A stretch of DNA of 64,000 bases from contig OZ024743.1 of the NCBI GenBank assembly GCA_964016885.1, positions 273,854,001-273,918,000 of the forward strand, in the 5' to 3' direction. Shown piece after piece: positions 28,403 to 42,835 of this stretch; position 1 is the stretch's first letter; every line of letters starts with the position of its first letter. The notes beneath the pieces were generated by a model, which worked only from the letters and a program-made list of their open reading frames with translations, had not been told where the DNA came from and did not search any database. Origin of the DNA: Eledone cirrhosa (Eukaryota). A program made the position numbers and the translations under genes.

Positions 28403-29809
28403 GCCTTACAGTTCGACATAGAGAGCTACTATGCTTCTATCACCTTACCGCTACTTACTGCCGCCTTGGACTTCGCCGAAACACTCGTGCCCATCACCGA
28501 CCAGGAAAGAAAAATCATCCTCCACGCCAGGAAGACAGTCTTACTCTTTGACGACTCTTAATGGATAAAAAGAGCTCCCGACTCACCCTTCGACGTCAGC
28601 ATGGGCGCCACGGATTCGGCGGAGGTCACTGATCTTATAGGATTATTCCTAATAGCCAAACTCACTGATATGTTTCCTGCATTCGGTGGTGGATTGTACC
28701 GTGATGATGGGCTCCTTACCCTTAAAGGGTACAACCCCAGTAGTACAGATCGGGTCCGGAAACAATTAATCAGATTCTTCCGCGACTGGGGATTTAAAAT
28801 AACCCTACAAACGTCCCTGACCCGAGTAAACTTCCTGGACGTAACCCTCGACCTCGAAAACGACCTGTACTACCCATACAGGAAACCTAATGACAATCTG
28901 CACTACATCCACCGCCGATCAAACCATCCTAGGAACATCACAAACAACCTGGTCAAAAACATTTCCCTCCGCATATCCCGTTTGTCAGCTAATGAGCGGA
29001 TATTCGATGAACATGCGCCTTATTACAACCAGGCCCTCAAGCGGAGTGGTTTCCGGGAGGAAATATCCTACTGTCCAGCTCCCATTAGCGGAACCAGCAG
29101 GAGACACCGCCGCTCACGCAATGTAACATGGTTCAATCCTCCCCACAACGCAGAGGTGACTACTCCCATCGGGAAACTATTCTTTAGGCTCATTGAAAAA
29201 CACTTCCCATTACAACACCGCTACCACAACATAATTAACAAAAATACCATCAAACTCTCTTACAGCACTACACCAAACTTCGCACAAAACATCGTCTCCT
29301 CTAACAACAAAAAACTCAACCCCGATGGCAGAAATAACCTAATTAGCAGTGGAGAACCGACCAGGAGGTGTAACTGCCCGGATAGATCTATTTGCCCACT
29401 CGACAATAGATGCAGAGACCGTAATGTGATCTACCAGTGCAACGTGAGGACGGATACCTCCAACAAAGCCTATATAGGACTTACCGCATGTGACTTCAAG
29501 ACCCGGCTATACCAACATAGACATACCTTCCGAAACCCGGCCCGGCGTCACGCCACTACACTTTCGGGCCACATATGGGACCTCAAGGACAACAACATCA
29601 CCTATGATCTCACTTGGAGATTACTGTCCAGAGCCAATTCTTACACGGGAGGACGCCGTCCGTGCAATTTATGCTCGGAGGAAACTTTACAAATGCTGTT
29701 TTCGACGGACCAACTCCTAAACAAGAAAGATGAACTGGTTACTGCATGTAAACATAGATTGCGTAGGACTTACCTCGCCCTCAAACCCCATAATGACCCG
29801 GGGGGGTAG
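28403..29809 (+). CDS. PLE reverse transcriptase (from the FDIESYY motif) + GIY-YIG endonuclease, open frame, 5'-truncated
   Basis: Frame is open upstream of ATG 28601: FDIESYYASI, FDVSMGATDSAEV, LYRDDGL, NFLDVTLDL, CNCx5Cx5C linker, YIGLT, CNLC, NKKDELVTACKH. Confidence 0.93.
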
Positions 29810-30941
29810 ACTAGGGCTATAACACCCCAGTTGCCGATTTTGCAATAGGTAACCCCTGCTTGCCAAGGAAGACGTAAGATCTTCTTTGTATTCTTTTATC
29901 GCTTCCTTTATTTCCTTCCCCCCTCTCCCCTTTGTCCTTCCACCCCAGCTCTTCTCCTTTGTCGGCGTCTTTTCTCGCCCACCCGAGGCTGCCCTTTGGC
30001 CCCATGTTAGCCTTAGTACCCCCACCCCCCCTCCCCTAGTCTTTGATAGATTTGGCGGACTCCGCCCTTTATAGCAGCTGGCTTAGACCCCGGATACTTT
30101 CCCCCTTTTTCCGACCGCTCCCACTATTCTCTGTGCCCTCTATATTTCTTAGTGGCACATGCCTTATTTTTTCGTTTCAGTATTTCTTGCTTCGCTCTTC
30201 TTCTGGGCGGGGTGGATTCTGAATTTATTTCTCCGTATTCTACCTTTATTTCGTACGAACTTTCATGTAGCTTGTTTTAGATCTTTTAGAGTTAGCATTA
30301 GTATATATTTTTCTCGGGACTCAGAATTATTATCTCGTACAAGTTCACTTTGCTGCACTGGGTCGTTGCTGGCCCGGGATGGAAACCTTTATTGTTTATT
30401 TCGTGGTAGTCTCTTTAGTATTTTGGCCCCTTTTGTTGACCCGTCACCGTATCATTTACGTACTTATACCTCTTAAAAGGGTCCTTGCCTTACCCGTCCC
30501 ACCTAGTTCTCTTACTTATTTCCTTATTTATTCATTTTTTTATTTTTTATTTTTTTACTTCTTTCTTTCTTTCTTTATTTTATTCTCGCCTAACAATAGC
30601 CTGACACCTAGGTCGTAGAATTTAATTTACTTTACTTTTCTTTACACTTATTTGCCTTTCTTCACTCTCAGTATTTTTTTTTTTTTTTTTTTTTTTTTCT
30701 CTTTCCTATTTCTACCCCCCATTGTTCTACCTACCGTTCCGACTTCCTCCCCCTCCCCCTCCCCTGTATCTTCTTTGACCTCATGCCCAGCTGTAGCTGG
30801 CACTACCAACGCTTGATTGGGTCTACTCCACCCCCTCCCCTCTTTCTCCTACTGGCAGGTTTAGCCACCATCTCCCCTACTAATTTGCAACCACAGAATT
30901 ACTACTGATTTTTGACAATCACTTTGACCATATATGGAATT

Positions 30942-31035
30942 ACCCCTTGAGAAGATCGGCTATTTAAATACCAGGATAAATTTTCATTTAGTCCAGAATT
31001 AGCCGTCGAAACGGCTTGAGCTCAGCTGTCGGGGT
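30942..31035 (+). ncRNA. Hammerhead with compensatory U3-A8 core, long stems II and III (mirror copy 27524-27617 -)
   Basis: acccc-TTGAGAA-ga.cggcta...tagccgtc-GAAA-cggct...agctg-TC-ggggt. Confidence 0.75.
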
Positions 31036-31126
31036 CTTACTGGTTCCTATTACCCACTCTACTACCTCAAGTATTGAGTACTTTGGTGCGTTATGGTCCA
31101 CCTGGTTCCTTACCACATTTCCTTCG

Positions 31127-31178
<52 letters not shown>

Positions 31179-31181
<3 letters not shown>

Positions 31182-31391
31182 GCATGGCTTAGTGGCTAGA
31201 GTATTGGACTTGCAATCGAAAGGATGTGAATTCAATCCTCGGACCGGGTGATGTGTTGTTACCTTGAGCAAGACACTTTATTTCACGTTGCTCCAGTTTA
31301 CTCAGCTGTAGAAATGAGGCCTGCCCGCCCAGCTAGTGGGATGTCGTTATCTTATGGCTAAAACAGCACGACAGACTGGTCGATCAAGGTG
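31179..31391 (+). mobile_element. tRNA-derived SINE family 2
   Basis: A-box TGGCTTAGTGG, B-box-like GAATTCAATCC, core CCTTGAGCAAGACACTT...CTCCAGTTTACTCAGCTG. Confidence 0.8.
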
Positions 31392-32804
31392 ATATATATA
31401 TACATATATATACGTGTGAGTGTGGCTGTTTATTTGTGTGTATGAATTAGTGTTTTAGAATGAGAATAAATCGATGAGGATCAGTGTAGTAGAAAACAAC
31501 TTAATATTTGTCTTCCTTCAAATTTCTAACTCATTAAATCAGCGGTAATGAAAATATTGCTGCCTCTTGAGATAAACAACAATAATGTCAAATGGTGGAA
31601 AATAACGTTATCTCTCGTTTGTCAATATTGTTTCTTAATTTATTTAGTTATTAAACATGTTTCTTTACTGCTTTTAATTGAAGACTTTGCCGGATATTGT
31701 TAAATATTTTGCTTTCCGGAAGAGTGAATGCTCTTTTGGCTGTTTTATTTCGTTTTTACTTTTGTGTTGTGTGATATGTTTTTTGTATTTTGTTTCTATT
31801 TGGTTGTCTGTTTGTTTTTATTTTTTATTGTTTTTGTTAGATGAAAGGTTTATCCAGTACGTTCGCAAATTGATATCAACGAAGAAAGGCAGAGTAACCA
31901 TATCTTCAAACAATTAGTTATCTCCAAAAGCGAAAATCGGCTATTATTGGTGGTGGTAGAGAAACAGGGTTAAACAAGAATGATAGAGAGAGCAGGCAAG
32001 CATAAGAGGGAAAGATAGTAGGCGACAGAGAGAGGAGATAAATAGGAAGATAGCTGGAAAGAGAAAATGGTGGATGTAATAATGAATGGTCTCAGCTGCG
32101 TTCTAAAAATATCACATTTATTTACAGTTAACTGATTGTCAAGTAATGTTCGAACACTGCTTAATAGCAGGAGATTAAAGATTGTAAAATATAGAACGAG
32201 TGACAGACTAAGAGACTAATAAAGATGATGGTGTTAGAATGACTGAGAAACATTATAACAAATGGGAGTTAATAAAGAGAGAAGCAGAAATAAATGTGGA
32301 TTGTATGTATATATATAGAGAGAGAAATAGAGGGGGGGGGGGGTCAGATGAATCAGCTCCATGTATAAAAGAAAATTAGAAAGGAATCCATGTAGGATAG
32401 AAAGAAAAATTGATATGTTTTTGATTAGAAATTCATAGTAAGATAATAGAAAAAAAAGGGAGAGAGCTTGAAAGGATAAACGTTTAGATATTGCGCCAAA
32501 CGATTAATATCTATAACCTAAGCATATTTGTGTGATGGGTATAGTATATTATACTCCAGCAATCGTGACCGACTGCTATAACAGCTATCAGGCACGAGAA
32601 CCTGTTTCTATTTCATTGGCTGATGAAGTGAGAATTTTTTCAGGAACATCTCGGTGTCTCGGGAGGTTCTAGTATCAAGCTCGGAAGAGTGAAACGTAAA
32701 TATTACCTTGATGAGATTCTAAACCAGAACGGAAGGTAATGTTGCATAATACTGTGTGGCATTTTGTCATTCTTCTTCGTCCACTTATTCCCGAGAAAGA
32801 GAGA

Positions 32805-32897
<93 letters not shown>

Positions 32898-33044
32898 CAG
32901 ATGAATTGGCTCCAGGAATAAAAGAATATTATAAAAATATCCGTGTAGGATAGAAAGAAAAATTGATGTTTTTGATTAGAGTGAAAAGCAAATATGACAT
33001 TGGTGTGATTCTAAACCAGAACGGATGCTGGTGTTACTTAATAC

Positions 33045-33730
33045 CATGTGGCATTTTGTCCATCTTCTTCGCCAATTTTTTCCTGAGAGGGTTTTGTGGG
33101 AAGAGTCCTCAAACATTCCTTCCAGCGGGTGCGGGTGCTGTCAAAAGCAAACGTCTCCAACCTATCCGGCTGGGTCCCCAAGCGTGGCAAACCAAGCTTA
33201 TGGATGTTATCCAATCATCTTGCTCGGGGTCTACCTCTGGGTCTTCTGCCGGTTGGTTTGCAAGAAAAATCTGTCCAGCGATTCTTTCCTTTGACATTCT
33301 AACCACATGCCCATATTATCGGAGCTGTAATCTCTAAATTCGGAGAAGTAGGGGCTTTACCTGGAGTGATTCTCTGATCTCCGAGTTACGCATTTTATCG
33401 AGTAACGTTACTCCAAAGACCCTTCGGAGGAATCCCATTTCGGCGGCTTGTATTCGCGATCGTATTATTTCGGTCATTACCAAAAGTTCATGACCATATG
33501 TATGGGTTGGCACGAAAAACGAATCGAAGATAGCGAGTTTGACTTTTAGGCCTACTTCCTTTCTTTTGATTAATGAATGCCGATACTGGTGCATTACTGC
33601 ACCAGCTTTTGCAATAATTGCACTTAATTCAGCTTCCTATCTTCCACCACTCATGAACACGGCCTCGAGATACTTGAAATTCTCCACCTGCTTCAGTGAA
33701 ACTGCATTCACATGTAGAATGCACTGCTAA
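33045..33730 (-). mobile_element. RTE-clade LINE 3' fragment
   Basis: QVENFKYL, AAEMGFLRRVFGVTLLDKMRNSEIRESLQV, YGHVVRM, RPRGRPRARW. Confidence 0.85.
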
Positions 33731-35442
33731 ATATTCTAAAAACTCTGCTAATTCACATTGTCAAATATTGCAGAGTAGTTGTTTCATTGTTGAACATCTC
33801 CAGATTTAGCAAAGCTAGGAACCGTCAAACATCAAGCGTGAATATTCCATTTTTCCATGTTATGTCCAATTACGTTATGCTATATGCACTTTCCTGTCTT
33901 TAAGATAGTAGGATAGAAATTAGACTCCGATTTCTATCTGACTAAGTGATAGCATAGATGTTCTCTAGCTGGACAATTGTATGAGAGATGGTAGTGTGAT
34001 TAGGAGAGAGAAAAGATTATTGTAGAAGAGAAAATGTTGATGAAAGTTGGCTAATAAAGAGAATATTACTTACAAAAGTATTTTACGTATCAGATGAGAA
34101 TCTACGATAAATATAGGCATGGCGTTGAAGGTCAAAATAAGCTACATTGTCACAAGGAAAGATGGAAGAGTAAGAGAAAATTTAAGTCAAAATTGTATTT
34201 CTTTGAAGACGAAAGCGAAATGTAAATAATGCTAAATGAGAATATGTTTAGAGAGAGGCAAAGAAAAGAATATAATAAGAACGAGAGAGAGTGGAAGTAT
34301 ATGTATGTGATGGAAATATGCAAGAGTTAGTGAGAACAACGATAGAGGAAATACAAAGGTAAATTCAGGAAGGGGAGCGGGTGTAGCGAATGATGATATA
34401 GAATATAATGGCGACGAAAGCAATGATATCATCTGTGTGCGTGATGAGATAACAGTGAGTAGGTTTATAATGTAATGAATTCCAAAACGGCTGTCTATTA
34501 ACGACAGAGATAGTCGGAATGGGAGGTTTTAAACGAAAATCATATAGAGAGAAAGAGAGGGCGAACACCAGTTATTTAAATGTGTATGTGCGCATACATA
34601 AATATAAGTGTATATCATGGGAGCATATGAAAGTGACTATATATGAAAGTCAGTGTCTATACATATGTTTGTCTTGCATGTGTGTGTCTGCTTGTGTATG
34701 CGTGTTTGCGTATCTCCTGTGTGTGTGTAAGTGTGGTGTGGAAATATTTCTTTTCGGACGTAAAGTTCCAACTTTAGAACTGTTCACTTCATTGATTCTG
34801 TTCGATGAAGCCATTTATAAAGTTGATCGAATTGAGCTGGTTGTAAACATCACATTTCAGGCTCAATTATTGTTCTAAGTCTTTCTCTTTACTTTCTTCT
34901 ATCTCTCCATCTTTCATCTATCTCCCCTCTTTCTCTCTGTCTCTCTCCTTTTTCTCCCTCACTCTCTTCTCTCTCCTCTCTCTTTTCTCTCTCGCTCTCT
35001 TCAATGTTTACATTTTCTCATCTTTCTCATCGTTTATTTCATATCTCTTCTTCGTCATCTTCTACAAATATCCACCTTTCATCTATTCCATCTTCATCAT
35101 CGTCTTTCTTTTTCAACGTCTTCTTCACCTTCTTCCTAATCCTCTACGTCTTCTTTACGATATGTTTCCTTCGTGTTCTTCTCTCCCTCATTCTTATGTA
35201 ACACTTGACATTCTGACTTCGTTCATCTACATCTTTCACTCCTTCCTATTTACTCTATTTTCTTTCATGTGCCTCTTTTTTATTCTTTTATATAAACCCT
35301 CTTTCTTCCTTCACCTCACCATTGCTTCATCTATCCTCCTTCCTCTCTCTTAATTCATCTTTCATTTCATTCATCTCTCTCTTTCTCTCTCTCTTTCTCT
35401 TTCTCCCTTCACTCTTTCTCTCTCTATATATATATATATTAA

Positions 35443-35482
<40 letters not shown>

Positions 35483-35639
35483 TAGTTATCTATCTTCTTC
35501 TCTTTCCTCCCAATACTGCACGTGCAGATGAGAAAAAATAGAAAGAAGGAAACGCTTCATCTATAACGTTTACTCCTCATCAACCACCACCACTAGCCAT
35601 TCACCAGCAAAGTCACCAGCAGAATTATTGATCACTTCC

Positions 35640-35673
35640 AGTTATCGATTTGTTGGGTCTCGTAGTAGTAGTA

Positions 35674-35770
<97 letters not shown>

Positions 35771-35910
35771 TAGTAGTAGTAGATGCCGGTATTGTTGTTC
35801 TATTTCGGGACATCGTTAGACACAAGGAAATTGCTATGTCAGTGTGATCAGGACTGCCACAGTTATTATATCTATAGACTCCTCCTGCTGTCCGTGATCC
35901 ACGTTACCTG
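35640..35910 (+). repeat. Dispersed repeat carrying (TAG)n; second copy ~40575-40800
   Basis: Both copies read GTTATCGA..(TAG)n..TTTCGGGACATC..ACAAGGAAATTGCTATGTCAGTGTGATCAG.ACTGCCA. Confidence 0.7.
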
Positions 35911-36199
35911 CCATTATCAATGTAGATTGTGCTTGTTTGTTTGATTGTTCTATCCTTTAGACTGTATATCTGGACCATGGCTGCCGTTATATAACATAGG
36001 GCTATAACTCCTGATTTAAACATAGTGTGGGTCGCTCTTGTGATATGAGGCGTCTCTTAGGCATTTAAAACTGGTGGGACCCATTGTTATGGTCAAAGAA
36101 TTGTGAATTTTGTCCAAAGGGAGAGAACTGGACTATTGGTGTGAGTGTTTGAGAGAAAGAAACAGCGACAGAGTGAGAGAGGGGGAGAGAGAGGGAGAG

Positions 36200-36490
36200 A
36201 GAGAGAGAGAGATTCGACCCCAGTCCTACTGTTCCTTTATTTATAGGCCTCAAAATTAAAAAGCTGAGTTGGCCATGGTATGATTTGAACTCAATTCGCA
36301 GAGAACCGAAACAAATACAAGCACTCTACCCGACAGTCTAACAAGTCAGCCAATTCAATGCCTGGCTGACGTCTTGTAAACCAAGCGTCTTGCTCAATGA
36401 TTCAACGTGCCATCAGGTGCAAGGAGGAATCGAACTCACGACCTTTCGATCGTGAACCGAAAAACCTAAATACACGGCCACACGTCTTTA
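36200..36490 (-). mobile_element. Two adjacent degenerate tRNA-derived SINEs
   Basis: Reverse-complement B-boxes (TTTGAACTC, ATCGAACTC) and SINE body similarity. Confidence 0.55.
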
Positions 36491-36593
36491 AGCGTGTGCA
36501 TACATATATACTAATCGAGAATGCACTCAAGCACAAACGTCTGTTTAGACCAAAGATCTCATTTAAAGCAGGCAGATAACGCACTTCATACAC

Positions 36594-36682
<89 letters not shown>

Positions 36683-36696
36683 TATATATATATATA

Positions 36697-36795
36697 CAGA
36701 GTGTCCCACAAAATGTATACACAAAGGCTATGCATACTAATAAATATTGCCTGTACAGGGAATCAAACTGTGTATACATTTTTGGGGACACCCTG
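36697..36795. mobile_element. Tc1/mariner-type MITE (~100 bp)
   Basis: TA|CAGAGTGTCCCACAAAATGTATACACA...TGTGTATACATTTTTGGGGACACCCTG|TA. Confidence 0.85.
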
Positions 36796-37289
36796 TATAT
36801 ATATATATACATGGTAGCCCACGCGGCGTCACAGAGTATGATACATGCCAACATGCTGTCCAGTGGAGTTAAAGACGAGAGACACAACATTAATTTATAG
36901 GAATTAATCTATAAACAGTACGCATACAATTTCATGTGACCTCAGGGGAAAATTGTGGCGGTTTTATAGCACGGTAGTCTCATGAATGAAACAAGAAAAT
37001 AGGGAGGTAGCCGATCCTCCGGACCATACGATGGGCTAAGCCCAGCCGATGTCTGGGAAATATGTGGTTCGATTCCTCATAGCAGCAGATGGCAACTCGC
37101 TTTTCAATATTGAACGGTCACCACCCTACTTTATAAGTTATTCTATAGCATATTTGCGCATGAACTGACCTTCTTTTATTTCAAATTCATCCCCTCAGCA
37201 CTTCGTAATAGTCCGAGATCTCAGCTACGTATACTCGATGTTTCTTGACATTTAAAATCTGATTTAGCTATCTAATTTAGACGGAGAAA

Positions 37290-37790
37290 ATCTTTTCGGA
37301 TAAATGGTGCGAAATCAAAATCCTTCAAACTGGGAATCGGACTCTGCAAAGGGTGCGGACTGTCACCTTTCCTGTTTATTATTTTCATACACACGATTGA
37401 CATGCGCAGTCGGCTTTGAAGTAGTATCACGACTGATGGATAGACATGGTCTTACTTTACTCGATAGAAGGTGATCACCGACTTGCCCTTGATAAGTTTG
37501 GTACCGAGTGCTGCATGGCCGGAAAGGAAATCAGTGCAGCAAAAACTGAGGCACTCGACCTCGTAAGGAAGTCTGCGCAGTGCACTCTACATCTGAATGG
37601 AGTTCCACTGAAGCAGGTGGAGAAATTCCAGTATCTGCGGGCCGTTTTCACGAGTGATGGAAATCAAGAGGCTAAATTAAGTGCAATAATTGCAAAAGCT
37701 GGTGTAGTAATGTGCCAGATTCAAAATTCGTTAATCAGAAGAATGGAGGGAGTTTAAAAGCCAAACACTTCAATTGAGTATTCATGCGAA
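37290..37790 (+). mobile_element. RTE-clade LINE RT fragment, same family as 33045-33730
   Basis: GCGLSPFLFIIF, ISAAKTE, LKQVEKFQYL.AVFTSDG. Confidence 0.8.
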
Positions 37791-37799
37791 CCATCGCTC

Positions 37800-38960
37800 G
37801 AATCATTTGCTCATCTATTCAACATTGTGAGCAGATAGTTCAGAAGACCATATTTTTTCTCATTCGGCTGTTATATTACTTGTTTACCCGTTCCTTGTTA
37901 CAAATACCAACAAAGGATATATATTCATCTACCCCTAAATATATGTAGTAGCCATCGTCAGATACTAGTGCAACTGTCAGGCCATTCATAGAGATGTTGC
38001 TAGATTGGCTGGCCAAAATCCATTCCTATATCTTTCGAAAATGTCCTAACCAGGACTAAGTTTTTCGTCATACCATTTATATGCTTGGCATAAACTTTTA
38101 TGCCATCCACAAAGAAGTTACGTTAAATTTTCCAACCTTCCGTGAACCAATTATATATTCTTCATAGTTCCTCAGCATAAAGGACAAGGGGTTTACTGAG
38201 AGTATAAATAGCATCACAGAGAGACTGCCTCTTTGAAATATACCCCAACGATATTCTATTTGATCAGTGAGAATTATAATCCTCCTCCCCTCTATTTAAT
38301 TTCAGGGTCGAGGCCCAGGAATATGATGGGTTTTCTGGGGCTGTGATAATGATGCCTGGGTCTTTATCAAATAAAAAGGCCTCGTGTATCCACGAGTGGA
38401 GAGACAGAATGTAATTATTTACCGTAGTCCACCTAGAGTGTATCTAAGTTTCTCCTATGTAGCCGCACCTCTAACATCGGGTTTTTTGTCAATTAGGAGT
38501 GGTTCAACACCACTCATACTCCTTTCTACCCAGTAACTTGTTCATCAGTGATGATTTTGCCTTTGCCAAAGTGGTGCTGCAGGAATAATTTCAAACAGGC
38601 TGTATACATTTTATAGATTAGAGTCAGGTTTGCAATAGGTCGGTCGTGTTTTGCCAAGTGGGTATATGTGTTTGGGGGACCAATATTATCTGAGCTTGCT
38701 GGTGGAGGCTGGTAAGTTACATCCGATATAAAGTAAGTTTTTGTAAACGTTGTTAACAATCAAATTTCTTCCTGCTGTCAACATATGTTGAAGTTTTCCT
38801 ACCACAGTCGCAAGGTTTTCATTATTGATGCTGTGCCTTTTTTTTAATACTAAATCTCTTTTAACCTCACTTTATATTAGATGAATTTCTTTTCCTCACC
38901 CCATATATTACTGCAGAAGTTTTGGGGATGGGGCCTTACTGACCTTTATTGATTTACCCT
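37800..38960 (-). mobile_element. Old degenerate R4/Dong-type LINE RT
   Basis: Minus frames RPIANLTLIYKMYT...IITDEQ...EPLLIDK, LHSWI, YIYLGVDE. Confidence 0.65.
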
Positions 38961-40594
38961 ACAAATCTCTATAGCTTGATGATTGGTTTTGGCTGAATCT
39001 TGTATTAATCATTTTCATTTCAGACACTCATTTCTTATATTGTATTGTTGTTTGATATATGTTAACATCTCTATTATCACCAAGATATATAATAAAAAGA
39101 CTTTAACTTGTATGTGTGTATGTATGTATATATGTAGCACATACGTGAGTAATTAAACACAAAATGGTAATTGGAAATGTCTTGCTTTCATAATCGGTAG
39201 GCTAGAAATTGTTTTTATCCACATAAAGCTAAATAAAAATTACATAGAAATTCGCACAAATACATACACACTCACCTAAATGTTTACTATAGTTTCAGGT
39301 GATCTTTAGACTGCTGTTTCGGCTAATGTTTTTCATAAATGAGAAGTGCAAATTATGTCGTAATGTTGTTTATAGGATTCCGTGCAAAGGAATTCAATCA
39401 TATACATATTTTAGGAGCGGGATCGGCAAAATCGTCAGATTATCGTTTTAAAAACCTTGCGATATTCGTTCTGGCACTCTACTCTTTATGTTCAAATTCT
39501 ACCCTGGTCAGTCTTGTCTTTCATTTATTCACTGTCAATAAAATTCCAGTCAAGTATTGATGCGGTTCTCCATTACTCTAGGTCTAGAGGAAATCGACTG
39601 TGGTATAGCATGGATAGGTATAGGCCACACCAGGTATAATTGCACAAGAAACGGCTTATGTTTGCTTACGTCCCTAACGCTCCACAAATAGTTGCGGTAC
39701 AAAAGTAAGGCAAGGTATACATGCTATTTAAATGCTGGCACTTAGCAGTATACATTCGCTGGTTCGAATTATGTAACATAATTCAAACCACCAAAAATTC
39801 CGGACAGTTTGGAATCGATCGGTTGTGAGTCATCACGTCAAGTTAACTTTTTTTGCTGTTCGAGACAGAGATATTGAGGCAAAACAGACTAGAATTAGCT
39901 TTTGAGGAAATCGGTGTTATTCTTTTAATGAATATTTTAATTAGATTTATAGGAAACAACAATTGGTTATTGGAAAACACTTTCCTAGTTGAAAATTAAT
40001 TAGATTTCTGAAACAGAAATTGCTACTCGTATACATTTTAAATTACTTGCACCAGTTTGTCTTCTCACCTAACAGTTATTTTGACACAAAACACTTTAAA
40101 AAATTATTGACCGCCAAGTTAGCTTTAAATCAAAACATTACCCAGGTATCACTGTCTCTGAACCCAAGTCGTTTGCTTGCTAAGGAGTGATGGCAGCCCA
40201 ATTCAGGCAACTGACCCCACTGAACAGGAGCAGCTACTTAGGAATATTTTAATACTTTAAATCAGCTTAGTAGCCAGAATTCTGGTAGATTTGCATTCAT
40301 TATCGTCTGGATTGTGTCAAATCAATCATAGACAGCGATTCATACCAAATGAGACATAGCAGAATGTTCTACGTATCCACTCCACTTGACAAAGCCTAGC
40401 TGCAAGGACTCCATTAAATCATAGTAAGTTCTTTCGAATTGGAGAAAAAGAATTAGATATTATAATTTTGGCCCTCCCTCCAGACAAAGGAGTTATGGTC
40501 TCGACTGTAGAACATTTGATCAAGATGACCTGAGGTTACACAGCAAGTAATCTGCCCAGAGTCTATGTCAGTTCTAGTTATCGAGATGTTCGCC

Positions 40595-40650
<56 letters not shown>

Positions 40651-41392
40651 TGAGAACGAGAAGTAATAGATAATGTTGGTATTACTGCTCTGTTTCGGGA
40701 CATCTTTTGATACAAGGAAATTGCTATGTCAGTGTGATCAGAACTGCCAGATTTATGGACATAACTGTAGATTCCACCTGCTCTCCATGATCCGCGTCCA
40801 CGGCCATTTTAATTAGCTTTCAGCGATTACAATTACACCAGTCCGTCGCACCATTAAGCACCAGCTGCTGTTGGAATTCATTTCCAACTGAGTGAAAGGG
40901 ACAGCTTGAAACCAAGGTCACAACCCGCCGCGTGGCCTAGGAATTGAACATGCAGTCTTACAATTATAATCCTAGTACTCTAGTCAATAAGCTTCATGCC
41001 TATATTTTTTATAGTGAAGTTTAATTGCTGAAGCTCATATAACTTCAGAAAGTGCTACATAGTGTATATCGTATTTAAAATGTATGTATAGTTAAGTGTT
41101 TGAGGAATTAATTTTGGTTTCAGTAACTGTTTACGATTATCTGAGAATTTAGTTAAAACACAATGCTGAAGTATAGATCAAATTATTTATTACAGTATCA
41201 TTATTATGAGATAGTGGTAAATTTTATAAATGGTTTATGACAGATGGTGTTAGTAGTGATTTAAGTAACTCAATACAAACAGGAAACTTTATATACATAC
41301 ACAAGTGGCCACATACGCGCACATTCATAAACGTTCTCTTTGTATTTTGCCTGAAAATCCGAATTGTCTCCATATTTTACTCTCTATCTTTC

Positions 41393-41467
<75 letters not shown>

Positions 41468-41635
41468 ATCGGAGAAAGCGGTTAGCGATACTCCGGCCAA
41501 ATTCCAGCTTACTCAACAAACATTGGGGAATACCTGAGTATATTCCCAATTAAACGTTCGGGGTGCTAACTATATTGTATTGTGTGGAGAATTGGGTGTA
41601 TTATTTCATATGAGATATATCAAATATATCATTTC

Positions 41636-41756
41636 CCAGATGACTCGTTTCATTATAAGATTTCTACAAGTTGGGTGAAATTATACCAAATTATGTAGAA
41701 GCTTGTATAAGATCAACGGATACTTATACAAGTGGGCTCTTATGATTCTTCAGTGG
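41636..41756 (-). ncRNA. Hammerhead with two-hairpin branched stem II, in a ~410-bp insert (41466-41880) in (TA)n
   Basis: cca-CTGAAGA-atcataaga[cttgtataag/cttatacaag][ttctaca/tgtagaa]tcttataat-GAAA-cgagtca-TC-tgg. Confidence 0.65.
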
Positions 41757-41946
41757 CTGCCCAATAATATTAATATCGATAACCAAATCAACATCAATAT
41801 TTAGCGATAATCACCATCAGTGCTTGAGGGAGCTGCTAGGTTGTTAGTCCAGCAGTTCTAAAGAAAATCTCACACAATATATATATATATAGTCGCCTGA
41901 AATCAAGTACCTGTGATAATTATGAATAACTATAATATACATATAT

Positions 41947-42013
<67 letters not shown>

Positions 42014-42030
42014 TATATATACACATATAT

Positions 42031-42077
<47 letters not shown>

Positions 42078-42224
42078 TATATATACACACACATATATAT
42101 ATATATACACACATATATATATATATACATACACACACATATATATATACATATACACACAGACATATATATATATATATACACACACACATATATATAT
42201 ACACATACACATATATATATATAT

Positions 42225-42255
<31 letters not shown>

Positions 42256-42258
42256 CAC

Positions 42259-42291
<33 letters not shown>

Positions 42292-42293
42292 AA

Positions 42294-42325
<32 letters not shown>

Positions 42326-42328
42326 TCA

Positions 42329-42371
<43 letters not shown>

Positions 42372-42399
42372 TCACTTATATATATATATATGTATATAC

Positions 42400-42430
<31 letters not shown>

Positions 42431-42566
42431 TATATATATAGATATATAGATATACAGATATATATATACATATATATATAAATATATATATATATTTATA
42501 AATATATACATATATACATATATATATATATATGTGCGTGTTTATTTGTGTGAGTTTGTTCATGTA

Positions 42567-42597
<31 letters not shown>

Positions 42598-42680
42598 GGG
42601 TGTCTGTGATATATATATACACTGGTCATAGAAACAAACACTTATAAACATACACAACACACTCACATATATATATATAT

Positions 42681-42797
42681 AAATTGAAACAAAATGAAAA
42701 CGAAATTTCATTTCTCACTCTTAGTATGGCACTTACTTAAATGTAAGTATGCATATATACGTACATACATATATGTATACAGACGTACAGTAGCATG

Positions 42798-42835
<38 letters not shown>

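Noticed and set aside
27941-30618. Duplicated hydrophobic ORFs (105 aa and 79 aa) on opposite strands
   Set aside because: They are mirror images from the PLE inverted arms in pyrimidine-rich 3' sequence, with no evidence of coding.
31841-31917. Possible exon after a strong polypyrimidine/AG acceptor
   Set aside because: No convincing donor site and no recognisable protein similarity.
32345-33070. Short local duplications (32345-32440 vs 32895-32985; 32712-32775 vs 33005-33070)
   Set aside because: Real but diverged local duplication with no structural or coding signal.
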